From the NCBI GenBank assembly GCA_000175855.1, contig ACYB01000022.1, positions 60,001 to 92,000 on the forward strand: DNA of 32,000 nucleotides. The letters are read 5' to 3'. Made by a program: the position numbers and the translations under genes. Below the pieces are notes generated by a model that saw nothing but the letters and a program-made list of their open reading frames with translations, made no database searches and was not told the DNA's origin. Numbering within the stretch: the first letter of the stretch is position 1; the number at the start of each line of letters is the position of its first letter. Origin of the DNA: Raphidiopsis brookii D9. GTDB taxonomy: Bacteria > Cyanobacteriota > Cyanobacteriia > Cyanobacteriales > Nostocaceae. Positions 19,293 to 29,846 of this stretch are shown here, in pieces.

Positions 19293-21038
19293 ATGATTTC
19301 ACAAAAGAATAATATAAAGTTACCATACCAACGCTGGCACATAGCAAAGCAAAACCAAGAACTAGCTCAAAATTTAGCAAGTGTCAATAATGTTTCTCCC
19401 ATTATAGGTCAGTTGTTAATTAATAGAGGTATGGAAACACCAGAAATAGCTACTAGATTTATCAATCCTGAATGTATAAATTTACCCTCTCCCTTAGATG
19501 AGTTCCCGGATTTAGTCATCAGTGTAGAATTATTGGCAAGTGCTATTAGAAACCATGAGAAAATTGCTATCTGCGGGGATTATGATGCTGATGGCATGAC
19601 TAGTACAGCTTTGCTGTTACGCAGTCTTGGAGCTTTAGGTGCAAACATTGATTATGCTATTCCCAGTAGAATGCACGAGGGTTATGGAATCAATAAACGA
19701 ATTGTGGAAGAATTTCACCGTGAAGGGGTCAGTTTAATTCTAACCGTAGATAATGGTATTGCTGCTTTTGAACCTATTGCAAGAGCAAAAGAGTTGGGTT
19801 TGAAAGTGATTATTACGGATCACCATGATTTACCTCCCCAATTACCAATTGCTGATGCAATTCTTAACCCCAAATTAATATCTCTATCTTCTCCTTATAG
19901 AGGTCTTGCTGGTGTGGGTGTAGCCTATGTTTTAGCTGTATGTTTAGCTCAACATTTGGAAAAAATCACAGGTCTAGTTCAACCTATGTTGGATTTATTT
20001 ACTTTGGGAACTATTGCTGACCTAGCTCCTTTAACTGGTGTTAATCGTCGTTGGATAAAACGGGGCTTAAAATCATTATATAAGTCCAATTTACCTGGTG
20101 TTCAGGCTTTAATTCAAGTCTCTGGGGTACAAGATTCTAAGTCTTTAAAACCAGAAGATATTGGATTTCGTCTGGGACCAAGAATCAATGCTGTGGGTAG
20201 AATTGGCAATCCTCAAATTGTGATCGAATTACTAACTACGGATGATATGGGAATTGCTTTGGAACGAGCAATGCAATGTGAGCAAATAAATGCTGAACGT
20301 CAAAAAATCTGTGAGGAAATCCAAGGAGAGGCAATATTATTGGTTGAAAATTTATATGCACAAAATTTGCATCAAGACCGAGTTCTGGTCGTAGTCAAAG
20401 ATAATTGGCATCACGGTGTAATTGGCATTGTCGCTTCTCGTCTCGTAGAACGTTATGGAGTTCCCGTCTTTATCGGTACTTACGAAAATAATGACCTGGT
20501 TCGTGGTTCCGCAAGGGGAATACCTGAATTTAATGTGTTTGATGCTTTGGAGTTTAGCAGCGATTTACTACATAAACATGGTGGACATAAAGCTGCTGCT
20601 GGGTTTTCTTTACCCGCAGCTAATCTAGAAAATTTTCGATTGCGTTTATCAGAGTTTGCCAATCAATGTCTGGAAGTTCAACATCTCAAACCACTATTAA
20701 GAATAGATGGTCAAATCAATTTTTGTCAGATCAATCGGGATTTATTCCAACAGTTGAATATTCTTCATCCCTGTGGAATTGAAAACCCTGACCCTATGTT
20801 TTGGACTCCCCAAGTACGGGTGGTAGAACAGCAAATGATTGGTAAGGGTAGTATTAAGTTGACTTTGGCTCAAATCATAGATAATACAAGATATGAAATT
20901 AGAGCTTTGGCTTGGCGATGGGGTGATTATTTCCCTTTACCCTTCACTATTGATATTGCTTATAAGTTGCGGGAAAATAACTTTAATGGTGCGAATGATA
21001 TTGAGTTGGAGTTGGTCGGTGTTAGGTTACCTCAATAG
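19293..21038 (+). CDS. recJ: Single-stranded-DNA-specific exonuclease RecJ
   Basis: 581 aa; DHH motifs CGDYDADGMTSTALL, TVDNGI, ITDHHD, GGHKAAAGFS. Confidence 0.92.
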   Translation: MISQKNNIKLPYQRWHIAKQNQELAQNLASVNNVSPIIGQLLINRGMETPEIATRFINPECINLPSPLDEFPDLVISVELLASAIRNHEKIAICGDYDADGMTSTALLLRSLGALGANIDYAIPSRMHEGYGINKRIVEEFHREGVSLILTVDNGIAAFEPIARAKELGLKVIITDHHDLPPQLPIADAILNPKLISLSSPYRGLAGVGVAYVLAVCLAQHLEKITGLVQPMLDLFTLGTIADLAPLTGVNRRWIKRGLKSLYKSNLPGVQALIQVSGVQDSKSLKPEDIGFRLGPRINAVGRIGNPQIVIELLTTDDMGIALERAMQCEQINAERQKICEEIQGEAILLVENLYAQNLHQDRVLVVVKDNWHHGVIGIVASRLVERYGVPVFIGTYENNDLVRGSARGIPEFNVFDALEFSSDLLHKHGGHKAAAGFSLPAANLENFRLRLSEFANQCLEVQHLKPLLRIDGQINFCQINRDLFQQLNILHPCGIENPDPMFWTPQVRVVEQQMIGKGSIKLTLAQIIDNTRYEIRALAWRWGDYFPLPFTIDIAYKLRENNFNGANDIELELVGVRLPQ

Positions 21039-21086
21039 TATCATCAAAGCTGCAATTACAGCTTTGACGTAAACTAGTTCAATTGT

Positions 21087-21206
21087 TTAAAGATCCCCGT
21101 TACGAAAAGCGAGTACAAAAATTACAGCGGGTCCAGCAAGGACAATTAATGCTACACAGGTCAATTGAAACACGACTTCCCAGTTGATATTAGCTAGAGC
21201 TTCCAT
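21087..21206 (-). CDS. psb30: Photosystem II reaction centre protein Psb30 (Ycf12)
   Basis: Reverse-complement translation [39 protein letters not shown] (39 aa), single TM with the family pattern INWEV..QLT..A.I..AGP.VIF.L..R.G(D/N)L. Below the length cut-off of the supplied ORF track. Confidence 0.85.
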   Translation of the reverse strand: MEALANINWEVVFQLTCVALIVLAGPAVIFVLAFRNGDL

Positions 21207-21338
21207 TTTTCCTCCCAAGGGGTTTAAAAAATTAAATAATTCAAATTGCTCAAGGGCAATTTTTCCTACTATATCAATATACCAAAAAACAGGATCAGTT
21301 CATGTCTGTTTTTGTTTCATCTATTATGGAGGTATTTT

Positions 21339-21692
21339 ATGGCTACTTGGCAATGTGTTAAGCAGTGTGGTGCTTGCTGTCATCTTGATCCTAGCGATCG
21401 CCCCTATTTATCCGATTATCTCTCACCTACAGAACTCTCACTCTATCTCCGTTTGGTAGGTGAGGATGGTTGGTGTGTTAATTTTGATCGTCAAACACGG
21501 GAATGTACTATTTATAGGGATCGTCCTTCATTTTGTCGGGTAGAGTCTAAAACTTTTGAAAAGATGTATGGTATCAAACCAGAGGAATTAAATGACTTCG
21601 CTATTGACTGTTGTCATCAACAGATAGATTCTGTATATGGCGATCGCAGTTTAGAAATGATTCGATTTAAGCACATCCTAGGTCTTGAGTAA
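21339..21692 (+). CDS. YkgJ family cysteine cluster protein
   Basis: From ATG 21339: MATWQCVKQCGACCHLDPSDRPYL..., CTIYRDRPSFCRVE, CCHQ; the Cys-cluster pattern of the YkgJ family. Confidence 0.82.
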   Translation: MATWQCVKQCGACCHLDPSDRPYLSDYLSPTELSLYLRLVGEDGWCVNFDRQTRECTIYRDRPSFCRVESKTFEKMYGIKPEELNDFAIDCCHQQIDSVYGDRSLEMIRFKHILGLE

Positions 21693-21747
21693 GGATCTTT
21701 TTTAAAAACTTGTCATTGGTGATTACTTATGAGATAATGATAAAAAT

Positions 21748-22103
21748 ATGAAAAAATCCGTTAGCACTGTGAAAATTGATACTTTGGATTTAACCATTAC
21801 TGCACCCCAGACAAAAAAGTCTGACTCGGTTTGGGTGGTGTTTGCAACGACCTTCATTACCATTTTTTGGCGGAAATAGGTGATAAGACTCAATTATCAA
21901 CATTATTAATGAGTGCCCAATCCCATGCGCCTTGGTTAGTATTCCTGGGAGCAGGAGCTGCTTTGGTAACCACCAGTTTACTAGGAGTGCTGCTTGGTGG
22001 TTTTATTGCTAGTAGACTTAGTCCTAAAACAGTAGAAAAATCAGCGGGATTGGTACTACTGTTAGTTTCTTCCATGTTATTTTGGGACGTGATTCACGGT
22101 TAA
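21748..22103 (+). pseudogene. GDT1/UPF0016 (TMEM165-like) half-size transporter, first of a pair; frameshifted in a T6 run
   Basis: ATG 21748 gives MKKSVSTVKIDTLDLTITAPQTKKSDSVWVVFATTFITIF then WRK* at 21879. A -1 shift in T 21863-21868 gives FITIFLAEIGDKTQLSTLL..., the conserved E-x-G-D-K motif. Confidence 0.8.
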
Positions 22104-22120
22104 GTTAATCAATTAATATA

Positions 22121-22426
22121 ATGATGGGTATAGATATGGATTGGAATCTTCTGGGAATTAGCTTTATTACCGTGTTTCTTTCCGAACTGGGTGATAAGAG
22201 TCAACTAGCTGCGATCGCATTGTCTGGTCAAGGACAATCTAGAAAGGCTATATTTTTTGGCACCGCAGCTGCGCTGGTGTTCACTAGTTTGCTGGGTGTG
22301 TTAGCTGGGGGAGCGGTAGCACAATTATTACCCACTAGAATCTTAAAGACAATTGCAGCTATTGGTTTTGCTGTTTTGGCTATTCGTCTTTTACTACCTG
22401 GGAATGAAGACGATCGCGCTTCCTAA
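22121..22426 (+). CDS. GDT1/UPF0016 half-size transporter, second of the pair (hemi-Mn-exporter-like)
   Basis: ISFITVFLSELGDKSQLAAIALSGQGQSRKAIFFGTAAALVFTSLLGVLAGG, conserved ELGDKSQ. Confidence 0.85.
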   Translation: MMGIDMDWNLLGISFITVFLSELGDKSQLAAIALSGQGQSRKAIFFGTAAALVFTSLLGVLAGGAVAQLLPTRILKTIAAIGFAVLAIRLLLPGNEDDRAS

Positions 22427-22461
22427 AAGCGATCGCCTTATATGGTCAAACCTGAGTTAAA

Positions 22462-22965
22462 CTAGATTGCCATGATTTCTCTGTCATTCCAACAGCGATT
22501 AAATAACCAACCAGCTCCTACTAACTTAATAACTTCTAGGATAAAATAACCACCATGTAGTAGGTTCATGGTTTCTGGGACTGTACCAGGTGTGACCACC
22601 AAACTCAAATTACTACCCAGGGCGGACATTTGGGGGGTGAGGAGATAGGTATCTAATAGGGCCACCATGAGCAATAAACAGGACCAACATATACAACTTA
22701 GGTTCCACTTTGACTTGGCTTTACCTATAGCCAATATGGCGGTCAATACTACTGCAGCAGCTACTAACTCCACACGGTTAAAATTCCAAAAAATGGTATA
22801 GCCCGCCATGGTAAAATTTGCTTCTTTCATCATACCAGTAATGTAAAGACTGGGCATGATTAACCCATCTAGTACCATGCTAGCGCTGAGCCAAAAACCC
22901 AGGGTGAAGATCACGGTGGTTTGCCAACCGGATCTTTTAAATTGAAGGTTAGATATATTGTTCAT
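22462..22965 (-). CDS. Integral membrane protein, DUF4149-like
   Basis: 167 aa, four predicted hydrophobic segments (TLGFWLSASMVLDGLIMPSLYITGMM ...). Confidence 0.55.
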   Translation of the reverse strand: MNNISNLQFKRSGWQTTVIFTLGFWLSASMVLDGLIMPSLYITGMMKEANFTMAGYTIFWNFNRVELVAAAVVLTAILAIGKAKSKWNLSCICWSCLLLMVALLDTYLLTPQMSALGSNLSLVVTPGTVPETMNLLHGGYFILEVIKLVGAGWLFNRCWNDREIMAI

Positions 22966-23128
22966 AAAACTATGATTGCTGTAATTCTTTTAATTACGTA
23001 ATTAGGGTGTCTGAGAACACTAGAAAATCAGGTTGGGAAAATTGCCGACTACCTAAAGTGCCATACTATTTTAGTTTCTATCCAAAAATCCAATTTGACA
23101 ACGAATATGAACCAAATGTTACAAATCG

Positions 23129-24292
23129 TTATCTTTCTCCCAGGGATGGGGTAATAACCTGCTGGGGAATAACTTCTGTCATCACCTGACCAGAACTACC
23201 ACCCTTAACGATAATATTTTCCGTTGCCAAATTGCCAATAGCGGTTGACCCTTGGAAAGTCAGGGGTGGTTCCATCTGATGATAAATGACCTTTCCCTGA
23301 GCTTCGACCAATTTTCGCTCTAAATACCAAGTAAGTCGGTCTGATTTTAAATATTGATTACGTTGCCCAATTGCCTTAACATCACCTGTTAAATAAACCG
23401 TTTTCTGTAGCAATTTCATTTCCGCTTGATTGCCAGATACTGTTATATTCTCCCCTTGATGAATTACCCTTACGGGCACATTACTTTTGACAATTTCTTG
23501 ATTAATATCCCAGGAGATCGCATTGCTATTAATTTGCATTGGTGGGTTAATTAACTGGAGTTTGGCTTCCGGTCCTAGGGTAGTAATTTTGGTTTTCAAA
23601 TTAACCTCTATACCCTTTCCTTGAGCGCGATCAGTAAATTGATTGTTTTGATAACGTTGAATTTCCACAGGGCGATCGCCCACCAACTTTTCTGATTGAA
23701 CTTGCCAAAGTAGGCGTTCGGTTTTGATTTGTAATTTAGGGTCATTAGAAACGGCAAATACCTGACCGGTAAACTCCACTTGTTGTTGACGAGTTTTAAC
23801 TCTAGCTTCCTGGGCGGTGGCTTTCAATTGACGATGACGACCATTAAACTGATTACGGACTATTAATAAATCTTCCTGGGGTCGCCATTCTAATTCATTC
23901 CCTTCCAATATTGCTCCATTACGAGGATCTCTAGCCACAATCTTACCCTTGAGCACAAGTTTTTTACCATCTTGCTGAATATCCGCCGTTTCTGCTTTAA
24001 TTGTATAAACTACTTTACCATCTTGATATAGTTCACCCTGGGGATTTTTGGCTTGACCAATTTCCTTTTCTTTAGTATATTTTGCCTCCCGTGCTTGCAC
24101 CTTCCAAAATGGTTTGCCATCCTGGTCAAATTGCTCCAAACTAACACCAAAAAAAGTCAACTGACTATCACTCCTCAACCTATCAGAATCAGAATTATTC
24201 TCCACTGGAGAAATAGTAGATGAACCCGAGCAACCAAATAATCCCGTTAACAATAATAAAATCACTGACAAATAACTAAAATTTTTAGGCAT
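23129..24292 (-). CDS. lptC: LPS export LptC/LptA-like lipoprotein (OstA-like repeats)
   Basis: Lipoprotein signal MPKNFSYLSVILLLLTGLFGCSG, FFGVSLEQFDQDGKPFWKVQAREAKYT, repeated ILEGNELEW/ITVSGNQAEM patterns. Start approximate. Confidence 0.78.
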   Translation of the reverse strand: MPKNFSYLSVILLLLTGLFGCSGSSTISPVENNSDSDRLRSDSQLTFFGVSLEQFDQDGKPFWKVQAREAKYTKEKEIGQAKNPQGELYQDGKVVYTIKAETADIQQDGKKLVLKGKIVARDPRNGAILEGNELEWRPQEDLLIVRNQFNGRHRQLKATAQEARVKTRQQQVEFTGQVFAVSNDPKLQIKTERLLWQVQSEKLVGDRPVEIQRYQNNQFTDRAQGKGIEVNLKTKITTLGPEAKLQLINPPMQINSNAISWDINQEIVKSNVPVRVIHQGENITVSGNQAEMKLLQKTVYLTGDVKAIGQRNQYLKSDRLTWYLERKLVEAQGKVIYHQMEPPLTFQGSTAIGNLATENIIVKGGSSGQVMTEVIPQQVITPSLGER

Positions 24293-24400
24293 ATTTAACA
24301 TATAAAAGCACATAAAACTGTAGCGGGAGGAATTGGATTTACTTCCCCTCAAGAAATTGCGCATTAACGCTCCCATAATTCCCGCTTAGTTGGTTTTGCA

Positions 24401-25078
24401 TTATTCTGGAATCTGTAAATGTCCTTCACTATCTTGATGGTCGTCCAAGAATCCCATACTGGATAATGGTCTGTAGGGATAACCCTGACGAGGTGTCTTT
24501 TGGATATCCTCCCTAATCGCTTCCAAATCAATATAGCGATCGCTCACATTAATCAAGCTGTCACTGGTCATGGAGCGTAGACTAACAACTTCCACCCTGA
24601 CACCACGATAACTGACCGAGTTAACAGCATAGGCCAAATCGCCATCACCGCTGACCAAAACTGCGGTGTCATAGGAGTCTACTAAAGCCATCATATCCAC
24701 AGCTATCTCCACATCTAGGTTAGCTTTTTTGGAACCATCTGGCAATTGTACCAAATCCTTAGCTATGACTCGATAACCATTGCGACGCATCCACAACAAA
24801 AATCCCTGTTGCTTCTCATTAGTCCGGTCTACACCGGTATAGAAAAAAGCCCGTAATAGCCTTGATCCACCAGTCAACCGACATAATAGTTTAGTGTAAT
24901 CAATTTCGATACCTAATTGCAAAGCTGCATAAAATAAATTTGAGCCATCAATAAATATTGCCACTCGACCCCGATTTTCCAAAACCTGTTCTGGCGTAAA
25001 AATCGAGTCATTTTCCAAATTATTCAACATCATTGTTAGACCTCGGTTGTTATCCATGTCGTCTGCGATAGAAATCAT
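24401..25078 (-). CDS. NYN domain protein, LabA/DUF88 family
   Basis: GRVAIFIDGSNLFYAALQLGIEIDYTKLL, VEIAVDMMALVDSYDTAVLVSGDGDLAYAVNSVSYRGVRVEV. Start taken at MISIADDMDN. Confidence 0.87.
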   Translation of the reverse strand: MISIADDMDNNRGLTMMLNNLENDSIFTPEQVLENRGRVAIFIDGSNLFYAALQLGIEIDYTKLLCRLTGGSRLLRAFFYTGVDRTNEKQQGFLLWMRRNGYRVIAKDLVQLPDGSKKANLDVEIAVDMMALVDSYDTAVLVSGDGDLAYAVNSVSYRGVRVEVVSLRSMTSDSLINVSDRYIDLEAIREDIQKTPRQGYPYRPLSSMGFLDDHQDSEGHLQIPE

Positions 25079-25263
25079 TAAATTCACGCCCTTACTAGAT
25101 TGGGTTAATTGACTCAGAAAAATGTCAGTTTTATTACACCTCCCCACGGTAACAAACACCTCCAGCAGTAACCTTTGCAATGAAAAGACAAATGTTGAGA
25201 GGGTTAAATCCGGTTTTTTCCCAACAGACCAAATTCAGTTGTTTAACTCAATAATAGAAATTG

Positions 25264-26865
25264 TTAACTGTCTTTTGGTAGTTCTATCCGTTTGAAAATT
25301 GGCTCAGGTGTGCCTAACTGTTGTTTATTCGATAGTACGCCCCATGTTGCATGGGTAGTAAAAGGTGCAACAGTGGAGGTTTCTTTTGGATTGTTAAAAT
25401 TGATTCCCCATCCTAATTGCTGATAAATATCGCTACTGATATTAGGAATAATTGGCGATAGTAAATAAGCTGCTAGTCTCACCGATTCCAGAACGGTGTA
25501 CAACACTGTTGCTACCTGGTTCTGTTTTCCTTGTTTATATAATGACCAAGGAGCTTGTTCATCTATAAACTTGTTGCTGGTTTGAACTAATAACATTACA
25601 GCTTGGGCTACCTCATTGAAAGCTAAAACTGAATAAGCTTGTTTAACTTTCTCCCCCAATTGCCCACCAATTGTCTTTAAGGTATTCTCAGGGGGAATAT
25701 CTTGTGGAGCAATGGAGGGAATTTCCCCAGCACAGTATTTTTTCACCATGTTCAAAGTACGATTTAACAAATTACCTAAGTCATTGGCTAAATCTGCATT
25801 TAAAACATGAATGAACCTAATTTCATTAAAATCGCCATCCTTACCAAATTCGATTTCCTTAAGGAAGTAATAACGAACAGCATCACTACCATATTTTTTC
25901 ACCAGCGCTACAGGATCAACAGTATTACCCAGAGTCTTCCCCATTTTTTGACCATCTTTAGTCAAAAATCCATGTCCGAATACTTGTTGTGGCAAGGGCA
26001 AATTAGCTGATATCAGCATAGCTGGCCAATATACGGCATGAAATCTTAATATATCTTTACCAATTAAATGTAAGTTAATTGGCCACCATTTAGATACGGC
26101 ATTTTCTAAAGTTGCTTCTGTTCCTGGTTCTAATAGTGCTGTTATGTAGCCTAAAAGTGCATCAAACCAAACATAAAGGGTATGTTCGGTATCCACAGGT
26201 ACAGGAAAGCCCCAATCTAAATTGACCCGCGAAATTGAAAAATCCTGTAAACCTTGACTAACAAAGCTAAGAACTTCATTTCGCCGACTAGCAGGTTGAA
26301 TAAAGTTTGGATGGGATTGATAAAACTCCTCTAGTGGTTTTTGATACTTAGATAAACGAAAAAAGTAATTTTGTTCATCGCGCCATTCTACTTCCTTGGT
26401 GGTATGGATAGGACAGCGCTTACCTTCTATCAGCTCCCTTTCTTCTTTAAACTCTTCACAGGATACGCAGTACCAACCCTTCTGCTCTCCTCGGTATATA
26501 TCACCCTGTTCCCAAACTCTATTAAAAAATTCTTTGACAATTGCCTGATGCTTTAAATCAGTGGTACGACTAAATCGATCATATTGAATGTTCAAAATTT
26601 GCCATAAATCAATAAAACTAGGGACAATTTGATCACAAAATTCCTGGGGTGATTTTCCTTGACTTTGTGCTGATCTTTGGATCTTTTGTCCATGTTCGTC
26701 TGTTCCAGTAATAAATATTACTTCATTACCCAATAAACGCTGAAATCTGGCCATAGTATCTGCAGCTATTGTGGTATAAGCACTACCAATATGGGGAACA
26801 TCGTTTACATAGTATAGGGGTGTGGTCAGGGCAAAGGTTTTTGAAGTTTTATTTGTTAGATTCAT
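25264..26865 (-). CDS. metG: Methionyl-tRNA synthetase
   Basis: 533 aa; ALTTPLYYVNDVPHIGSAYTTIAADTMARF, GTDEHGQKI, KMGKTLGNTVDP. Confidence 0.95.
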   Translation of the reverse strand: MNLTNKTSKTFALTTPLYYVNDVPHIGSAYTTIAADTMARFQRLLGNEVIFITGTDEHGQKIQRSAQSQGKSPQEFCDQIVPSFIDLWQILNIQYDRFSRTTDLKHQAIVKEFFNRVWEQGDIYRGEQKGWYCVSCEEFKEERELIEGKRCPIHTTKEVEWRDEQNYFFRLSKYQKPLEEFYQSHPNFIQPASRRNEVLSFVSQGLQDFSISRVNLDWGFPVPVDTEHTLYVWFDALLGYITALLEPGTEATLENAVSKWWPINLHLIGKDILRFHAVYWPAMLISANLPLPQQVFGHGFLTKDGQKMGKTLGNTVDPVALVKKYGSDAVRYYFLKEIEFGKDGDFNEIRFIHVLNADLANDLGNLLNRTLNMVKKYCAGEIPSIAPQDIPPENTLKTIGGQLGEKVKQAYSVLAFNEVAQAVMLLVQTSNKFIDEQAPWSLYKQGKQNQVATVLYTVLESVRLAAYLLSPIIPNISSDIYQQLGWGINFNNPKETSTVAPFTTHATWGVLSNKQQLGTPEPIFKRIELPKDS

Positions 26866-27508
26866 AGATAATAAAAAAGAAATTATTAAACAGTTTTACC
26901 AGCTAGTTAGTTCTGTAAAGCTAGGCAATTATATAACATTACAGCTATTTTTTCCAACTGTGTTTTGATCATGGCAAGTTAATAACCTCACAATTTTTTC
27001 CATTCTATAAACACTAATGATTCTTCCCTGGGATTAGGAGACAATTAGTCAACAATCACATTCCTGGATTTTGATCACTGTAGTCGCAGAGTGTACTCAG
27101 ATCAAAAAACTGGGCAAACCAACGGAAAATCAGGCCTAATCTCTAATTTCTACAGTCCCATCTAATCCCGTTCAGGTTTAAGTATAGAAATGTAAAATAT
27201 TAATTAAGAAAAATGCCAAATTTTTACGCGACATGCAGGAATTAATCGGTAAATAGGTGGGAAAATTTCAGTTTTTAGTATGGACCGATTGTGCTTTGTC
27301 AAATACAATCTCATATCCAGACTTCAACTACCAACCATTGAGATAGATTAACTGCGTCAAGGATTTATTCAGCGATTTCACCTATTTATATATAATTCAT
27401 TCAAACTTCGCTAAAATCTGTAATTATAGTTTCAGACTGAATTAATTTTTATATAGAAAGCTTGATGTAGTTAGCTTTTAATGACTCTATTCCCCGAAAA
27501 ATACCAAG

Positions 27509-28327
27509 ATGATAGATGTGGAACTCAAACTCCGGTTTTTAACCCCCAAACCCCTACAACCAGAATATCCATTGTTTATTTATTTACCAGGAATGGATGG
27601 AACCGGTGAAATGCTACAGTCACAAATTAGCGATTTAGGGCGGGGGTTTGACATTCGTTGTTTAGCAATTCCTAAAACGGATATGAGAGATTGGAACCTA
27701 TTAACCAGAAATGTCCTCGACTTAATTGATATGGAATTGACCACAACATCCGTCAAGAGAGGAAATCGCTCGGTCTATTTGTGTGGTGAATCTTTCGGTG
27801 CTTGTTTGGCCATGAAACTAGCTACCCAGGCACCAAGTTTGTTTAAACGTATTATTCTAATTAATCCCGCTTCTTCTTTTAAACTAAATCCCTGGATCAG
27901 TGTTTCATCCCAAATGACAAATTTAGTGCCATCATGGTTTTATCCCGTGGGTGCTTGGGGGTTGCTACCCTTTTTAGCATCTTTACCTCGCATATCCAGT
28001 CCCCTCCGTCGTCAACTGCTGGAAAGTATGACCTCCCTCCCTGCAGAAACTATTAATTGGCGATTGTCCTTATTGCGTCACTTTCACCTGGACAATGAGA
28101 AAATACAACAAATCAAACAAGAGACACTGTTAATCGCTGGAGCGAGCGATCGCCTGTTACCATCCCTTACAGAGGTAAGAAGATTAGGAAGGATGTTACC
28201 AAATAGTAGGACAGTTATCTTACCTGATAGTGGTCACGCTTGTCTAGTGGAGGAAGAGATAAATCTATATAAAATTCTCCAAGACCAGGGATTTTCCGAG
28301 AAAGTTTCCCTCAATAGAAAATTTTAG
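27509..28327 (+). CDS. Alpha/beta hydrolase, phytyl ester synthase-like
   Basis: FIYLPGMDGTGEML, VYLCGESFGACLAMKLA, INPASSF, LLIAGASDRLLPS, DSGHACLVEE. Confidence 0.78.
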   Translation: MIDVELKLRFLTPKPLQPEYPLFIYLPGMDGTGEMLQSQISDLGRGFDIRCLAIPKTDMRDWNLLTRNVLDLIDMELTTTSVKRGNRSVYLCGESFGACLAMKLATQAPSLFKRIILINPASSFKLNPWISVSSQMTNLVPSWFYPVGAWGLLPFLASLPRISSPLRRQLLESMTSLPAETINWRLSLLRHFHLDNEKIQQIKQETLLIAGASDRLLPSLTEVRRLGRMLPNSRTVILPDSGHACLVEEEINLYKILQDQGFSEKVSLNRKF

Positions 28328-28359
28328 GCCATACTGGAAGCAGGTAAAAACAAGAAAAA

Positions 28360-29844
28360 ATGACAGAAATGATAACTCGGACTAGTGACACAGAATTATT
28401 AAATTGGACTGGTGATACCCTGGGTATTGGACTATTTGAAGATGCAGTAGAGCTGAAAGACGACCTAGCAACTCTCAACCAGAAATACGGGGGAGTTTTC
28501 TCAGAAGTCATCGCTGAAGAAGAGTTCACCGGTAAAGCTAATACTACAGTGGTCATTCGTGTGGGAACCCACTCCCCCATTCGTAAGGTAATTTTTATCG
28601 GTTTAGGAAAAGTAGATACACTGAAACTAGAAACCCTGCGCATAGCGGGTGCAACCCTTGCTAGAACCGCTAAAAAGCAAAAAACTAAAATCCTGGGTAT
28701 TAGTTTTCCAATATACAATAATCAACCAGCAGCTACCGCCCAAGCTATTACAGAAGGTGCCCAATTAGCACTTTATCAAGATATTCGGTTCAAATCAGAA
28801 CCAGAAGATAAGAATCCCTCTATTGAGACCATTGACCTATTAAATTTATCGGGACAACAACCAGCTATCACCCGCGCAGAACAAATTGTTTCCGGAGTGA
28901 TTTTAGCTCGGGAGTTGGTAGCAGCTCCAGCTAATGCTGTCACACCTATTACCATGGCACAAACTGCTCAAGCGATCGCCCAGGAACATGGTTTGGAACT
29001 AAAAATTCTGGAACAAGAAGACTGTGAAAAACTGGGTATGGGAGCATATTTAGGCGTAGCACAAGCTTCCGACCTTCCACCCAAGTTTATTCACCTCATC
29101 TATAAACCCCCAACCACCCCTAAACGTAAACTAGCTATTATTGGTAAGGGTCTTACTTTTGATTCTGGTGGTTTGAATATTAAAGGAGCTGGTAGCGGAA
29201 TTGAAACTATGAAAATTGACATGGGTGGAGCTGCTGCTACTCTTGGTGCTGCTAAAGCTATAGGTCAGATTAAACCAGATGTAGAAGTTCACTTCATATC
29301 AGCAGTTACTGAAAATATGATTAGCGGCAAAGCTATGCACCCAGGAGATATCCTCAAGGCATCTAATGGCAAAACTATCGAAGTAAATAACACCGATGCG
29401 GAAGGGCGTTTAACCCTAGCTGATGCTCTAGTGTATACCGATCAGTTAGGTCTGGATGCCATGGTAGATCTAGCAACCCTCACGGGCGCTTGTGTGGTAG
29501 CTTTAGGCGATGATATTGCTGGCTTATTTACCCCTAATGATAATATAGCATCTCAATTGCAAACCGCTGCTGAGTCTTCTGGAGAAAAGATTTGGCGGAT
29601 GCCAATGGAAGAAAAATATTTTGAAGGGTTAAAATCAGGTATTGCTGATATGAAAAACACCGGACCCCGCTACGGTGGTTCTATTACAGCTGCTCTATTT
29701 CTAAAGCAGTTTGTTAAAAATACACCATGGGCACATCTGGATATAGCCGGACCTGTGTGGGCTGATAAAGAAACTGGCTACAATAGTGCTGGAGCAACTG
29801 GTTTTGGTGTGAGAACCTTGGTCAATTGGATTGAGAGTGATTAA
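28360..29844 (+). CDS. pepA: Leucyl aminopeptidase (M17)
   Basis: 494 aa; [54 protein letters not shown]. Confidence 0.95.
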   Translation: MTEMITRTSDTELLNWTGDTLGIGLFEDAVELKDDLATLNQKYGGVFSEVIAEEEFTGKANTTVVIRVGTHSPIRKVIFIGLGKVDTLKLETLRIAGATLARTAKKQKTKILGISFPIYNNQPAATAQAITEGAQLALYQDIRFKSEPEDKNPSIETIDLLNLSGQQPAITRAEQIVSGVILARELVAAPANAVTPITMAQTAQAIAQEHGLELKILEQEDCEKLGMGAYLGVAQASDLPPKFIHLIYKPPTTPKRKLAIIGKGLTFDSGGLNIKGAGSGIETMKIDMGGAAATLGAAKAIGQIKPDVEVHFISAVTENMISGKAMHPGDILKASNGKTIEVNNTDAEGRLTLADALVYTDQLGLDAMVDLATLTGACVVALGDDIAGLFTPNDNIASQLQTAAESSGEKIWRMPMEEKYFEGLKSGIADMKNTGPRYGGSITAALFLKQFVKNTPWAHLDIAGPVWADKETGYNSAGATGFGVRTLVNWIESD

Positions 29845-29846
29845 AT

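Noticed and set aside
21184-21459. ORFs 21184..21459 and the extended start 21246 of the YkgJ-like gene
   Set aside because: The first overlaps the YkgJ-like gene in another frame with no similarity; the second extends before the homologous MATWQCVKQCGACC start.
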